A program made the position numbers and the translations under genes. A DNA stretch of 64,000 nucleotides from Lama glama (Eukaryota), in the NCBI GenBank assembly GCA_028534125.1, contig CM052817.1:103356001-103420000 (forward strand), read 5' to 3'. Below are positions 13,691 to 27,158 of the stretch, in pieces. The notes beneath the pieces are model-generated. The model did no database searches, had not been told where the DNA came from, and was given only the letters and a program-made list of their open reading frames with translations. Every line of letters begins with the position of its first letter. Position 1 is the stretch's first letter.

Positions 13691-14849
13691 CCTTAAAAAT
13701 ACTTCAGGAAGGAACTTTCCACAGTTTTTTCCTACCTCGGTGCTCTGTCATGCTTCATCGTCTGTCTCCTTGCGCCCTCATTCCCCTGGACAACCCCCAC
13801 ATATTCTTCAAGATTCAGCTGGAACCTCTCTAGGTAGCCTTACTTGCTGATGACCCAAGACTGGGTTAGGCTCTCACCCGAGGGGATCTCTAGCAAATCC
13901 ACTCTGTCATAATAATACCTGATTCTCCCCACCTGGACCCCCGAGCTCCCTGAGGACATGGCATGACGTCTGTCTTACCCACAGGGCCTGTCATATGGTA
14001 GATACCCCATATGTACTGGCTGGACAAGTGAAAGACCAGAAGAATGAAAAGTAACACAAGTGCCAACTCAAAATGTAGCATCTCGACTTAGCACAGTAAC
14101 ACTTAAATTAGTCTTGAATATGGGTAGCCTAGCTCCGAAGGATTTGGATCAACAAACATGTACTGAACATGCACTATTCCGGCCGAGCAAAGGAAGCACT
14201 TCACTGGTGAACACTGCACCATCCCTACTTTTTTTGACAAAAGAATGAAGTCCTCCAAACTGTAAAAGTTTATGGACATCTGTATGGATAGAAACGTTTT
14301 CACCCCAAGGACCTTAATCAGGACTCCTGAAGCCCAGCACAAACTGGCGATTTTATTTATCCATTCTGAAGTTCTAAACAGTGAACGGGTTTAGGAGGGC
14401 AAACCCTAAGATCTTTTCAATAAAAATTTCATATGATTCCAATTTCAGTTATTATTTAGTACATTAAAATATCTGGAAAAAATTATAAAAATATAATACA
14501 GTAGCCTTTATAATATTCTGAAACCCTAAGAACTGAATGACAAATTTACAGCTACGTTTATAAAATTTTGTTCCATTACTCTTCAAGTTCCTTTGGTCAC
14601 CTGCTCTACTCATTACTGTCCTTTCGTTTGTTATTAGTCTTAAGTCACAAAGAAGCCACCAATACACAGGTATCTTTATTCTGGCAAGCTGGCCTGAATG
14701 CCCCTGCCAGCCCCTGGCTATGGTGGCTTGGTACATAATTTCCCAACTCTTCACCTGATCTAAGGCAAACATGATAAATGCATTGCCTGCCAGTTTGGGT
14801 CTAGTTTGAGTAACTTCTGGGAAAGGTCTCCCAGCTCTCAAAGAAAATA

Positions 14850-15110
14850 AGAGAGAGACAATGCCCCTCCCTCCTCGAGATGCCGGGTCCTCTCTGGTAG
14901 GCAACTTGCATTCAGGAAGGGAAGCAACCATAGGATAAAATTTTTACTGAGGACAGCAGGTAGCGAGACAGGAAGAGGTTCCCTGACGATCCGATCATGC
15001 CTGGTGCCCAGCCTGTTTTGGAGTTATGAGAGAATATATTTCCTTGCTATTTAAACCAGTTTAAGGGGTGTTTCCTGTTATATGCAGACTAACGCATTCT
15101 CAGTTACGCA
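14850..15110 (+). mobile_element. MaLR LTR fragment (MLT1K/L-like)
   Basis: MLT1-type 3' end ...TTTAAACCAGTTTAAGGGGTGTTTCCTGTTATATGCAGACTAACGCATTC. Diverged. Confidence 0.5.
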
Positions 15111-16219
15111 CTTTATGTGCAGTACTGCCCTGTTTAATGTCCTTCACAGGAGTCAGTGATAAGAGAAACTATCTTTTCTTTATGTTTCCTCTCTGTCTAA
15201 CCTTTCCTCCTCTCCCCAAAGCCTAGGATAATGCATAGCATACAGAAGATGCTCAACAAGTGCCCCTTGATGAAGGAAAGCATGAATCTTAGACAAATAC
15301 AACATGCACACAACTTTTTAAAAATCTCACATCTTAATCAAATGATAATCCATCTTTTTCTTTTTTAATTTACCTTACTAAATCATGTTCAATATGACAA
15401 AAGAAAGTATCCAAAAGCCCCCTTAGAAAAGAAGAGTAAAAATAAAAATTCAGTATTACCCACTAGATTACAGACATTTTAGCCAGTGGCACCAAAGAAG
15501 CTGCCAATGTATTTGTTAAGGAAAACGGCCACATTTGCAAACAAACAAGTCATTTAAAAACACAGGAACCCAATTTAACATATTCTTTCTCAAGTACAGT
15601 TAAACAACCTGGCCTTGATCTAAATTGGCCCATAACTCAAAGTAAAAAGCCTGTGACTACATCACAGAATTACTTTTCACCGCCTTCTCTACCCTAAAAC
15701 TTCAAACTACGATGAGTAACATAATTCTTTTTTAGGTGATATAATTTGAATAAAAAATTCACCTACAGCTTACAGGAGATGAAAAACAAGGGGCAGAAAG
15801 AACATCTGTAGAGCCGCACTTCCTGGCAGGTGAGTCACGGGGCACAGGAGTGCAGCATGCCCTGTGTCACAGCAAATACTTGTGTTTACTGCTTATTACT
15901 GAGCAAGAAGACACAAACATCGCGGCATGACAGAATGTGCCAAAGTCTACTTGTGGCCTGAACTGTGTTGTTTATGACAGATAATATAACTATAACAGAG
16001 TTTTCAGACCAGGAAAACAGAAAGAAACAACAGGCTCACAGCCCAGCAAATCTTAAATAAATACATGCACACTAAACCACCTAGACGAAACCTTCATGTC
16101 TTCTTTACCTATTCTCTGCCGATCTGTAGACCATTTAGTGGATTCAAAAGAAGAAAATTACAAAGATTGTCAGAAAGATAAACAGCATCTCATGCTGAAG
16201 AACCATAAAGTCTAGCCTA

Positions 16220-16850
16220 ACAAGCACATGAAAGATGCTCAACATCTTTAGTCATCAGGAGAAATGCAAATTAAAACTGTAAGAGATGCCATTTCACACC
16301 CATTAGAATGACTACAATTGAAAGAAAAAACAAAAACAGAGAGTAACAAGTGTTGGCAAGGATGTGGCGAAATGGGAACTCACACATGACTGTAGGAATG
16401 TAAAACAGTGTAGCCACTTGCATAGCAATTTTTAAAAATTTAAATATAAATTTATCATATGACCCAGGAATTCCACTCATAGTTATCTACCACCACGAGA
16501 AATAAAAACATTGGTCGACACAAAGAACTGCACAGGAATGTTCACAGCAGCATTATTCATAAGAGCCCCAAACTGTAAACAACCTAAATGATAAATGGAT
16601 CAACTGATAAATGGATAGTCCAAATGTGCCATGTTCACACAATGGAATCTATTCAGCAATGAAAAGGAACAAACTGATGATACACACTACAATATGGATG
16701 AACCTCAAAAATATAATGTGGGAGTAAAAATGTTGTAAAGTTGATTTACGGTGATGGTGGTACTACTCAGTAAATTTACTAAAAATCACTAAACTCTACA
16801 ATGGGGAGATCCTATGTAAAATATGCCTCAATAAAGTTGTAAAAAAAAAT
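16220..16850 (+). mobile_element. Old L1M ORF2 end + 3' UTR
   Basis: AAGCACATGAAAGATGCTCAACATC...GAAATGCAAATTAAAAC...CATATGACCCAGGAATTCCACTC...CTCAATAAAGTTGTAAAAAAAA. Confidence 0.8.
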
Positions 16851-17344
16851 CACACCTGAGGTACTCAATTCACGTTTATATGTGTCAGAAATTAACACAG
16901 TACCCCTATTTTGCATCTACCTTAGTGCACAGCAGTCTAAGCTCTGACCTAGCACTCTCAGGCAGAAGCAGGATGAACTACAAGGACCCACCTATTAGTT
17001 AACTGAGATACCTAGGAATCCTTATAGAACCAAAACATCTTTAGGGCCTCATTCCCATCACTAGGCAAAACGCATTTATTCACAAATTGCATGTCAGCTA
17101 AAACATAAAGAGGTGAGAGCCATTAGACAGAAATAAAAAAAAAAAGAGAGGAAAATTGAAATGTAGTTTAGATTATAAAGGAAATAGAGAAGAAAAATAA
17201 AGACATATTAAATAAGATCTCCTATCTCCAAGCATCCATGTCTCTGGATGTCTACGGCTCAAGGAGTTTGGAGACTCTTTAAGTGCTACCTCTTGAAGGG
17301 AAAGAAAACTAACCTTGACCTTGTCACTTTAAGTTAATCACTAC

Positions 17345-17657
17345 TTTTTTTTTAATTTAATTTTTTTGAGTTATACTCAGTTTATAATGTGTCAATTTCC
17401 AGGGTAGAGCTCAATTTTTCAAACATAAACATACATATATTCATTATCACATTCTTTTTCACTATGAGCTATCACAAGATCTTGTATACATTTCCCTGTG
17501 CTATACAGTATAAACTTGTTTATCTATTCTATATATACCTGTCAGTATCTACAAATTGCAAACTCCCAGTCTGTCCCTTCCCACCCCATTCCCCCCTGGA
17601 AACCACAAGTTTGTTTTCTATGACTATGAGTCTGTTTCTGTTTTGTATGTAAGTTCT
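17345..17657 (-). mobile_element. 5'-truncated L1 (3' UTR)
   Basis: Reverse complement resembles the 3' UTR at 63510-63780. TSD ATCACTAC at 17337-17344 and 17658-17665. Confidence 0.85.
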
Positions 17658-17789
17658 ATCACTACATTTTTCTAAATGTGGAAAATAAAACACAAAAAAA
17701 AAGTCTAATTTAAGACTTTTTCAATCTTTTATTCCTACAATATGAAGACATTTTGGAATTGAGGATTAAAAAAATAAGGATGACCATGA

Positions 17790-17960
17790 TAATTACTGCC
17801 AACATTAGTTAAACATTTTCCACGTGCCAAGTAAAGGGCTAAAATATTTACATATATAATCTCACTTCATCTATACAAAAGTCCTGGGAAGTAAGTAATA
17901 TTATCATCCCCATTTTCCAGATGGGGAACTGAAGAGCAGACTGATGAAGTGAATGACGAT
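17790..17960 (-). mobile_element. MIR fragment
   Basis: ATTATCATCCCCATTTTCCAGATGGGGAACTGAAG MIR core in antisense. Confidence 0.65.
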
Positions 17961-18366
17961 CCCAAAGACCCAGTCATTCTGACAAGGAAGCGGCAGTAAC
18001 AGTGTCACCTGAAGGAAGGCTGCTTACTGGGTCAGCACTTTACTAGGGAATCTCTAAATTCCTAAAGCAAAATTAGGCCAAGACAAACCAGATCAAATGC
18101 TCTTTTTTGCAAACCTAGAGATTCTGTTTAGAAAAGTCTCCAGGAGTAATAAATAAGATGTAAACCGAGAGCCGAAGTGAACCCAGGACATAAAAATTGA
18201 ACTAGCCCTACTTTATTAGTACTGATGTTTCAGATCAGCCTCAGCTAAAGGCACCTCCTCAAATCATTTGCCCACTTGGCTCACAGCCCTCTACAATCTC
18301 TCCTACATTCTTGGTTATTCAGCTCAGTTCAGCAACAGCAAGAATGCAACAGGCTGAAAGGTGAGG

Positions 18367-20166
18367 GGTCATCCACGTTGCTGCGAGTGGCATTATTTCA
18401 TTCTTATTAATGGCTGAGTAGTATTCCATTGTATATACATATCACACCTTCTTTATTAATTCATCTGTTGATGGACATTTAGGTTGCTTCTATGTCTTCG
18501 CTATTGTAAATAGTGCTGTATGATCTTGGGGTACATATACCTTTTTGAATTAGTCTTCTCCAGATATATGCCCAGGAGTGGGACTGCTGGATCATATGGT
18601 AAGTCTATTTTTAGTTTTTTAAGGAACCTCCATACTGTTTTCCATAGATGCTTCACCAATTTACATTCCCATCAACAGTGTAGGAGGGTTCCCTCTTCTC
18701 CATACCCTCTTCAGCCTTTGTTATTTGTAGACTTTTGAATGATGGCCATTTCTGACTGGTGTGAGGTGATACCTTACTGTAGTTTTGATTAGCATTTCTC
18801 TAATAATTAGTGATACTGAGCATCTTTTCTTGTGCCTGTTGGCCACCTGTATGGCTCCTTTGAAAAAATGGCAATTTAGGTCTTCTGCCCATTTTTTGAT
18901 TGGGTTGTTCGTGATTTTTGTTTGTTTGTTTGTTTGATTAAGCTGTATGAGCTGTTTGTATATTTTGGAAATTAATCCCTTGTCAGTTGTTTGCTAATAT
19001 GTTCTCCCATTCCATACGTGGTCTTTTCACTTTATGGTTTCCTTTGCTTTTTAGAAGCTTTTAAGTTTAACTATGTCCCATTTGTTTTTTTTTTTTACAG
19101 AATGGAACTTTTATTTCATTGGACATTGATATTTGGAAGTTTCTCTCGATCTAATGATGCTCTAACTAGTATAAATTAAAAAAAAATTTTTTTTCAGTGA
19201 AGGTACTGGGGATTGAACACAGGACTTTGTGCATGCCAAGCATGCGCTCTACCACTTGAGCTATACCCTCCCCACTCACCCCAATTTGCTCATTTTTGCT
19301 TTTATTTCCATCACTCTAGTAGATGGATCAAAAAAAAATATTGCTGTGATTTATATCAAAGAGTGTTCTGCCTATATTCTCCTCTAGGAGTTTTATAGTA
19401 TCCAGTCTTACATTTAGGTCTTTAATTCATTTTGAGTTTATTTCTGTATATGGTGTTAGAGAATGTTCTAATTTCATTCTTTTACATATAGCTGTCCAGT
19501 TTTCCCAGCACCACTTACTGAAGAGACTGTCTTTTTGCCATTATATATTCTTGTCTCCTTTGTTGTAGATTAATTGAGCATAAGGTTTATTTCTGGGCTT
19601 TCTGTCCTGGTCATAGATTTATGTGACTGTTTTTGTGCCAGTACTATACTGTTTTGATTACTGTAGCTTTGTAGTACAGTCTCAAGTCTGGGAGTGTGAG
19701 TCCTTCAGCTCTGTTCTTCTTTCTCAGGATTAAAACAATCTGGCTCCTTTGTGTTTGTATACAAATATTAAAATTTTGTGTTCCAGTTCTTTGAAAAATG
19801 CCATCGGTAATTTGATAGGGGTTGCACTGAATCTGTAAATCGTCTTGGGTGTATGGTCATTGTAACAGTACTGATTCTTCCAACACAGTAGGTATATCTT
19901 TCCATCTGCTTGTGTTGTCTTCAGTTTCTTCCTTTAGTGTCTTTTCCCAGTACAGGTCTTTGGCCTCCCATGTTAGGTTTATTCCTAGGTATTTTATTCT
20001 TTTTGATGTGATGGTAAATGGGACTGTTTCCTTTGTTTCTTTTTTTTTTTTGGTATTTCATTGCTAGTATGTAGAAATACAACAGATTTCCATATATTGA
20101 TTTTTGTATCCTGCAATTTTACTGAATTCACTGATGTGCTCTAGTAGTTTTCTGTAGTGTCTTTAG
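18367..20166 (-). mobile_element. L1 ORF2 3' portion (younger subfamily; segment A), no 3' UTR at its own end
   Basis: Antisense L1 ORF2. The reverse complement runs from KLLE.ISEFSKIAGYK-like sequence to GCAGCAACGTGGATGACC. Interrupted by a SINE insertion at 19085-19279. Confidence 0.9.
19085..19279 (-). mobile_element. Vic-1-type SINE with an extra ~90-nt 3' segment and second poly(A)
   Basis: SINE body at about 19195-19273. On the minus strand it is followed by A8, T9, unique sequence with AATAAA (19110-19115) and A12. Near-TSD CCCA(A)TTTG at 19077-19084 and 19280-19288. Confidence 0.8.
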
Positions 20167-21419
20167 TATAACAAATCTTTCCAATTCCTGCTTTCATTTT
20201 CCCAGAAGTAGAATTGCTGGATCATATGGTAGTTCTATTTTTAATTTTTAGAGAAACTTCTATACTATTTGCCATAGTGGCTGTACCAGGTTACAATCCC
20301 ATTAACAGTGCACAAGGGTTCCCTTTTCTTCACCTTCTCACCAATTCTTGTTATTTGTTGTCTTCTTGAAAATAGCTATTCAAGAAGTATCTCATAGTGG
20401 TTATGATTTGCATTTCTGTGATGATTAGTGATGCCATCTTTCCATGTGTCTGTTGGCTATTTGTATGCCTTCTTTGGAAAAATATCTGTACAAGTTTTCT
20501 GCCCATATTTTAATGGTTTTTTTTTTGATATTGAGTTGTATGAGTTCTTTGCATATTTTGTGCATTTTGGATATTATCCTTTATTGGCTATTTCACTAGC
20601 AAAAAATCTTCTAAAATTTGGTAGGCTGTCTTTGTTGATAGTTTCTTTCACTATGCAAAATCTTTTTAGTTTGATGTAATCCCATTTGTTAATTTTTGCT
20701 TTTGTTGCCTCAGGTGAAAGAGTCAAAAAGTACTGCTAAGACCGATGTCAAAGAATATGTTGCCTATATTTTCTTCTAGGAGTTTTATGGTTTCAGGTCT
20801 TACATTTAAGTCTTTAATCCATTTTGAGTTTATTTTTCTGTGTGGTGTTTGAAAGTAGTCCAATTTGATTCTTTTGCTTGTAACCGTCCACTTTTCCCAG
20901 CATCGTTTATTGAAGAGACAGTCTATTCCCAATTGTATAGTCTTGCCTCCTTTGCTGGAGATTAACTGCCCATATAAGTTTGGATTTATTTCTGGGCTGT
21001 CTATTTTGTTACACTGATCTCTCTGTTTTTGTGTCAGTACTGTACTATTTTGATTACTGTACTTTCTAGTATAATTTGAAACCAGGGGGCATGAGTCCCC
21101 CAGATTCCTCCCCTTTCTCAAGATTGCCTTGGCTCTTTGGGGTTTTTTGTGTTTCCATACAAATTTTAGAATTATTCTAGTTCTGTGAAAAATATCATGG
21201 GTGTTTTTATAAGGACTGCATTGAATCTATAGATTGTGCCTTAGGGTTAATGGTCATTTTAACAGTATTCTTTCAATCCATGAGGGCAATTTATTTTTCC
21301 ATTTGTTTCTGTCATCTTTAATTTCTTTCATCAGTGTCTTACAGAGTACAGGTCTTTTACCTCTTTGGTTAGATTTATTCCCAGGTATTTTATTACCCTT
21401 TTGATGAAAGTGTGAATGG
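20167..21419 (-). mobile_element. L1 ORF2 3' portion (older L1MA9-like subfamily; segment B)
   Basis: ORF 20723..21121 gives the L1 ORF2 peptide IDSPEINPNLYGQLI...[25 protein letters not shown]. More diverged than segment A and covers the same L1 interval. Confidence 0.88.
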
Positions 21420-21821
21420 ATGGACCTAGAGATTATCATGCTAAGTGAAATAAGTCACACAGAGAAAGACAAATATATGATATCACTATGTGTGGTATCT
21501 AAAAAAAGGATACAAACGAACATTTACAAACTAAAAATAGACTCACAGACATAGAAAATAGACTAATGGTTACTAAACGAAAAGAGGAGGGATAAATTAG
21601 GAGTTTGGGATTAACATATACACACTACTACATATAAAATATATAAACAACAAAGACCTACTGTATAGCACAGGGAACTTTATTTAGCATCTTGTAATAA
21701 CCTATCATGGAAAAGAATCTGAAAAATATATATACACTTACATAGATATGTATAACTGAATCATTACTGCACATCTGAAACTAACACACTGTAAATCAAC
21801 TATATTTCAATAAAAAAGAAA
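21416..21821 (+). mobile_element. L1 ORF2 end + 3' UTR + poly(A) (younger, cetartiodactyl-type; segment C)
   Basis: Starts ATGGATGGACCTAGAGATTATCATGCTAAGTGAA. Has the CTGTATAGCACAGGGAACT-type 3' UTR, AATAAA at 21809-21814 and an A tail. Confidence 0.88.
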
Positions 21822-22298
21822 AAAGATGTTTTTATAAATATATATAAAAGGACTATTACTATGCATAAAAAAGAATGAAATCTTGTCATGTGCAACCACA
21901 TGGATGGATCTAGAGGGAATCATGCTAAGTGAAATAAGTCAGAGAATACAAATATCACATAATCTCATGTGTGAAATCCAAAAAATAAAGAAAACAAAAT
22001 GAAAACAGACTCAACAGATACAGAGAACAAACAGGTGGTTGACAGAGAGGAGTACAGCTGAGGGTGGATGAATGAGTTAAATAATTAAGCAGTACAAACC
22101 TCCAGCTATAAAATAAAGAAGCCGTGGGGATGTAATACTCAGTGTAAGGAATGTGGTGAATAATATTGGAGTAACCTTGTACGGGATCAGATAGTTAATG
22201 GACTTATCGTGGTGATTATTTCATAAAGTATGCAAATATCAAATCATACAGTGCTCCTGAAACATAATATTGTACATCAATTGTATTTCAATAAAAAA
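21822..22298 (+). mobile_element. L1 ORF2 end + 3' UTR (older L1MA9-like; segment D)
   Basis: ATAAAAAAGAATGAAATC...CATGGATGGATCTAGAGGG...GTACAAACCTCCAGCTATAAAATAA...CAATAAAAAA. Confidence 0.82.
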
Positions 22299-22810
22299 GG
22301 GAAAATGAATTTAAAGACATCCAGTGTGGCAGGCACAAAGTAATTTTTTTTCCAGAAATATTAAAATCAGTCTATGTATTTTTACAGTTGGCTAAGTATC
22401 TACCCTATTTTCTTATATTTCTGAATCAGAACATCTCTCTGTTCACTATAAACATTGGATGAGGTAAATGTAAAAATAATTTGAAAAAATGTAAAATAGT
22501 AAAAGCAATTTTCTTTTGCCAAAATAAGAAACTGCCAAAAGCTATTATAAAATGGCAAGAAGGTAAATTTAGCCAATATATGTAAATATAATGGGGGGAA
22601 ACTGAGCATAAAATTGTATTTGTAAGTAATGTACACATACATACATGATTACAATGAAAACAAAGATGAGTAATCTGAAACAAAGCAAGAGCATTTTTTT
22701 CTATTACAATGCTTAATTTCATAAAAGTAAAATATCAGTAAGAAAATGTGGAAAGAAAAGCCCAGATCTATATACATTTTGAAAATATTCATAACTAAAA
22801 TATTTCATAC

Positions 22811-22917
22811 CTGTAAACATGGCGTGAAAGTAAGGACTACAGGCGGCCAGCACCACTCTGTGAGCAGAGATTTCCATGTCTTCAGCCACAATCGTGACAT
22901 CACACAACAAATTCTGA
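22811..22917 (-). CDS. KLHL2: KLHL2 coding exon 3, BTB domain start ([36 protein letters not shown]), 107 nt
   Basis: Acceptor TTTTTTGTAACAG at 22918 and donor G|GTATGA at 22810. Canonical BTB motif CDV...[13 protein letters not shown]. In frame with exons 2 and 4. Confidence 0.97.
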
Positions 22918-24359
22918 CTGTTACAAAAAAGAGAGAGGAAAAGTTTTAATGATAACAATAGTAACTGTACTGAACATCCTACATAACAATTTTTCTGTAA
23001 AAGCCCAATTTTCTGAAGTTGAGACTAACTTTAAAAAACTGCCATCCTTAAGAACAGGATTTCCAAACATGCAGCACACAGAAAACTGTTGTGACACAGA
23101 CCCACATGCCTTGGCCCTCACTCAGTCTTGCCTTTGTTTAACAGAGAAATTTTTCCCAACTTGATTACTGATTCCTCAACCTAATGAAAATTGCTGGCAG
23201 CAAACCATCAATGGAGTGTAAAAGGGAAGGTTGTTTGCATTAAAAACACTAGCAGAAGTGCCAGATAGCAGTATGACACTAAGACGAAGACAAGATAAAT
23301 CATATAGAAAACTAAATTCTGTCAAAGTATCAAAAATATGCACATATGTAAAATGACCTGGGTCATGAAGTAAAGGTAAAATTACATTCAATAACACCTG
23401 CTGCTTAAAAGGCATTTGAGCATTTGAAGTTTAACTTAATCAGAAGGTTTTCCCAGTGCAAAATATCTCATCACTCAGAACCAGAAAATATTACCATATA
23501 TAAAATTAAAAAGCATTTTGTTACCTTAAAACAATTACTCAGCAAACATAATCACACCTCTAGTTCTAAAATGTCCATTTTAATTCATTGAAAGGCATGC
23601 AGTGAACACCTTTCCCATGTTACAGAGGTCAGATGAGACTCTCCAGCTAAATAAGAATGTCAGAGTATCCTTTTGGCTTTTGAGAAAAGGTTGCTGAGGT
23701 TAATTCCAGAATGAGGAAGAGGGCTCCACTTTAACACCAACCTTACCGGTGATCATGTCATTAATGACTGAAAAAGATGTGATGAACCCAAAGTCCTTTC
23801 CGCACCTCAAATATCTGCACACTGAATTTAAGTGTATAGTGTCACAGGTCACGCAGTACTCCTCCTCCACTATTCTGCCTTATTCCCACGAGGGTGGCTG
23901 CAGGCTTCTGTAATTTCTAGTAGCTTATAAGCAACATTTTCATCGGGGCTTAACCCAGTTCTTGAGTGTTCCACTTTCCCACGATGCTTACACACTTGTT
24001 CCTGAAGAGCTCACACAAAACTCCTGGAGATTCTATCAGCACACACCTTCCCTCCAGTCTAGGAGAAGCTGTAAGAAAAGGGGCCAGGGCAGCCCTGGTG
24101 AGGCGTGCATCCTGGGGCCCCGCGGGTGATGCGCACGCTGTGCCCTGTAGGCTGAAGCATAGGTCACGGTGCTGTGGGAGACATCAGGCACGTCGCGTGT
24201 TAGACTCCTAACAGGTGGCACACCACTCAGCTGTCATTCCTCCAGACTGGTGCGGAAAACTGGCAAAGTCCACTGTGTGCTCTGAGCATCTAAAACCGCT
24301 CTGCAATTCAATGGATTCCACAGGTTCACAAGTAACCAGGGGGCAGGTGGTGGTGTTTT

Positions 24360-24570
24360 CAGGAAGATGTTATGCAGGAGCGCTCCCTGGTGTATTATTC
24401 CACCTAGACCCTACCATAACCCTAGGAGGTACATGTTTTTGTGATTTTTACCCTTAAAACTTAGAGCTGGCGAAACTAAAGTAAAGATGAATAAGCAGGC
24501 TGAAGTCACCACTAGTGGCAATGCCAGGATTCAAATCCCTGGAGTCTGGCTCCAGGGCCTCTTACACTAC
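24360..24570 (-). mobile_element. MIR fragment
   Basis: ...AAGTCACCACTAGTGGCAATGCCAGGATTCAAATCCCTGGAGTCTGGCTCCAGG... antisense MIR 5' part. Confidence 0.55.
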
Positions 24571-26352
24571 ACAAACCACCTAAAGCTGCATGGTTTTAAG
24601 GCTTTGTTAAAGCTTAAATAAAACAGGGAATAGAAAGTATAAATTATAAACCACATCCACTTATTATCTGACATGCTGTATACTAGAAATTCTATTTTTA
24701 AGTTCTATATATAGCTTATAAAAGGCCCAGTGTTAGTCGGTTTTTAGAACTACCTCTACAAGGATAGCTAGAAAAATCAAATTCAGCAAAGCACTGCAAG
24801 ATCACCTGTGCCCTTAAGGAGACTAGCACAAAGGACTGACAATGCAGAGATTACAGGACAAAGTGGAAAGCGCCAGAGTGAAGATGCCAGGGGGACAGGG
24901 GACACCTGAGTCAGACCGGGGGTCAGAAAGGGTTTCCTGCAGCTAGTGACCTGACCCAGCTGCTGAGTTCTAAACACAAGTAAGCGTTAGCTGGATGGAG
25001 AAGGAGCAAGAGAACCCACAGGGAGAACAGCATGTGGGGCTGGGCAGAGACCTGATGCAGCAGACGCAACGGGGAGGGTGGAGCACGAGGTGTGCGGGAG
25101 AAGGAGAGCGGGGCGCTCGGGGTCAGCAGGGCCAGCCAGGCTGCCCATGGTGACCAGGGCGTCTGGACACAACTCAAACATGAGCCGAGCGCATCTTTAC
25201 GTTTGTTCTCCTTTTGTCAGTAAACCCTTCCTAGTGCTCTAGTTTCAAGATGGAACTTATGTGGAAGTTATACTTGAACAGCTCAAAAATCACATAATTA
25301 ATTACATTCAGCTTCAATTACAATTACTCATTGATCCAAACCTCCTAGCAGAACACCTACCTGCTGGCTGTCACAGAATTCTCTTGGCCTTACTGGTTTA
25401 TTAACCAATGTTAGTTACAAAGAAAGTAAAAACACTGCCAAACCAGTACACAGCCACGCCCTAGGTTAAGTCACATGGAGTCTGAGGCCACGCTACAGAA
25501 CAAGGATATACTGAGTATTACTGCTCAATTTTTTTCTTTTTCTCTCCAGCAATAACATATTTTAAAACAGCACTCACAGACAGGAGAGATCTGATCAACC
25601 TTCTTATCTTTCAGCCAGTGTGTGTTTGCTGAGTTTGGCCCTTACCTCTCCCTTCCAAGTGTACATGCTTATAAGAATTCGAGAGACTCTGGGTAAGGAG
25701 AAGAGGGCTACAAATAAAATCCGGTGATAAAAATAACAGAAATTTGTTTTAGTAGCCCATACTCAAAGTCTGCATGGTGAATTTATGTTTCTATTACGTG
25801 AAATCTAACGATGGAATGTCCTGTAGAAGGAAAAGGTTTTCAGAGTAATAAAATAAAGTGGGTGTTTAGCAAAATCTGCATTTATTCACTCATTTATCAA
25901 ATATTTAACTGTTTAAAAGTCCTGGGCACCAAGGACTATGTCAGCTGACCACAATAAACAAGGTAACAGCAAGGAGTGTATGGTGGAGCTGAGGAGACAA
26001 GCTGACAAGTAATTACAAAATGAAAAGATAACTATCAGGGCAAGGGTGGGGTGTCTGGGTACATGGAAGACAGGCCAAACCCAGCCATATAGGAAAGCTT
26101 TGGAAAGGAAACTGCTTCTAAGCTCAAGTCTGGAAAAAAAAAAACAGGAGTTACACAGGCCTTATGTAAAACTCAAATGGCTCAGAAAAAAGGTAAGCAC
26201 TCAGCTCCTAAATGAAACATGAAAACTGGTCTTTCTCAGGGCAAAAACTGCCTTGAAATGAATCAGCCTAAACATACCAAGACAGCTTTTGGTTTTCTGA
26301 TATCAAATGAATGAATTCCTAAGACTAGAACACCCTATCACTGCTGTATGTA

Positions 26353-27158
26353 TAGTAGCCTCCCTTATCCACGGGGGACACATTCCAAGATCTCCAGTGG
26401 ATCCCTGAGAGTGCAGATGATTCCAAATCCTATATAAACCATGTTTTTTCCTATATGCAGATACACGTGATAAAGATTAATTTACACATTAAGCACAGTA
26501 AGAGATTAACAACAGTAACTAATAATAAAACGTAACAATTATAACTATTCTGTAATAAGTTATGTAAATATGGTCTCTCTCTAAATAACTTACTGTATAA
26601 TGCTTTTCCATCTTAACTAAGCAATTATCATGCCCTGTGGCTGTAACTTCTGCAGTTTGAGGTGTGACAGCAACACTAGCACGAAATTTCGTTTCCTTTC
26701 TTCACAATTTCACAGATAGAAGATTTGTTCTCACTGTAGATCTCAGCAACCTCAGCATATGATTTTTTTTCTTATTAAGTTGGGAACATTCACACTTTTC
26801 ACTTAAAGGAAGCACGCTGCAGCTTCTCTCTGGCATATCTTAATTGCCAGCATCACTTCTCTTGCACTTTGGAGCCATTATGAAGCCAAATAAAGGTTGC
26901 TTGAATACAAGCACTATGATACTGCAACAGTCGACCCGATGACTGAGGGGGCTACCGAGTGACTGTCACTGGGACCCGCTGGACAAGAAAGGATGATTCA
27001 CATCCCGAGCGAGACGGAGCAGGACAGTGAGATTTCATCATTACTCAGAATGGTGCTCAATTTAAAATTTATGAATTGTTTATTTCTGGAATTTTTCCAC
27101 TTAATATTTTCAGACTATGGTTGACCACAGTAACTAAAACCTTGGATGAGGGGTACTA
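26353..27158 (+). mobile_element. Tigger2/MER8-family non-autonomous DNA transposon
   Basis: Imperfect terminal inverted repeats TAGTAGCCTCCCTTATCCA (26353) and TGGATGAGGGGTACTA (27143-27158), preceded by TA. Interior matches the recalled Tigger2a start CTTATCCNCGGGGGAYACRTTCCAAGA. Confidence 0.8.
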
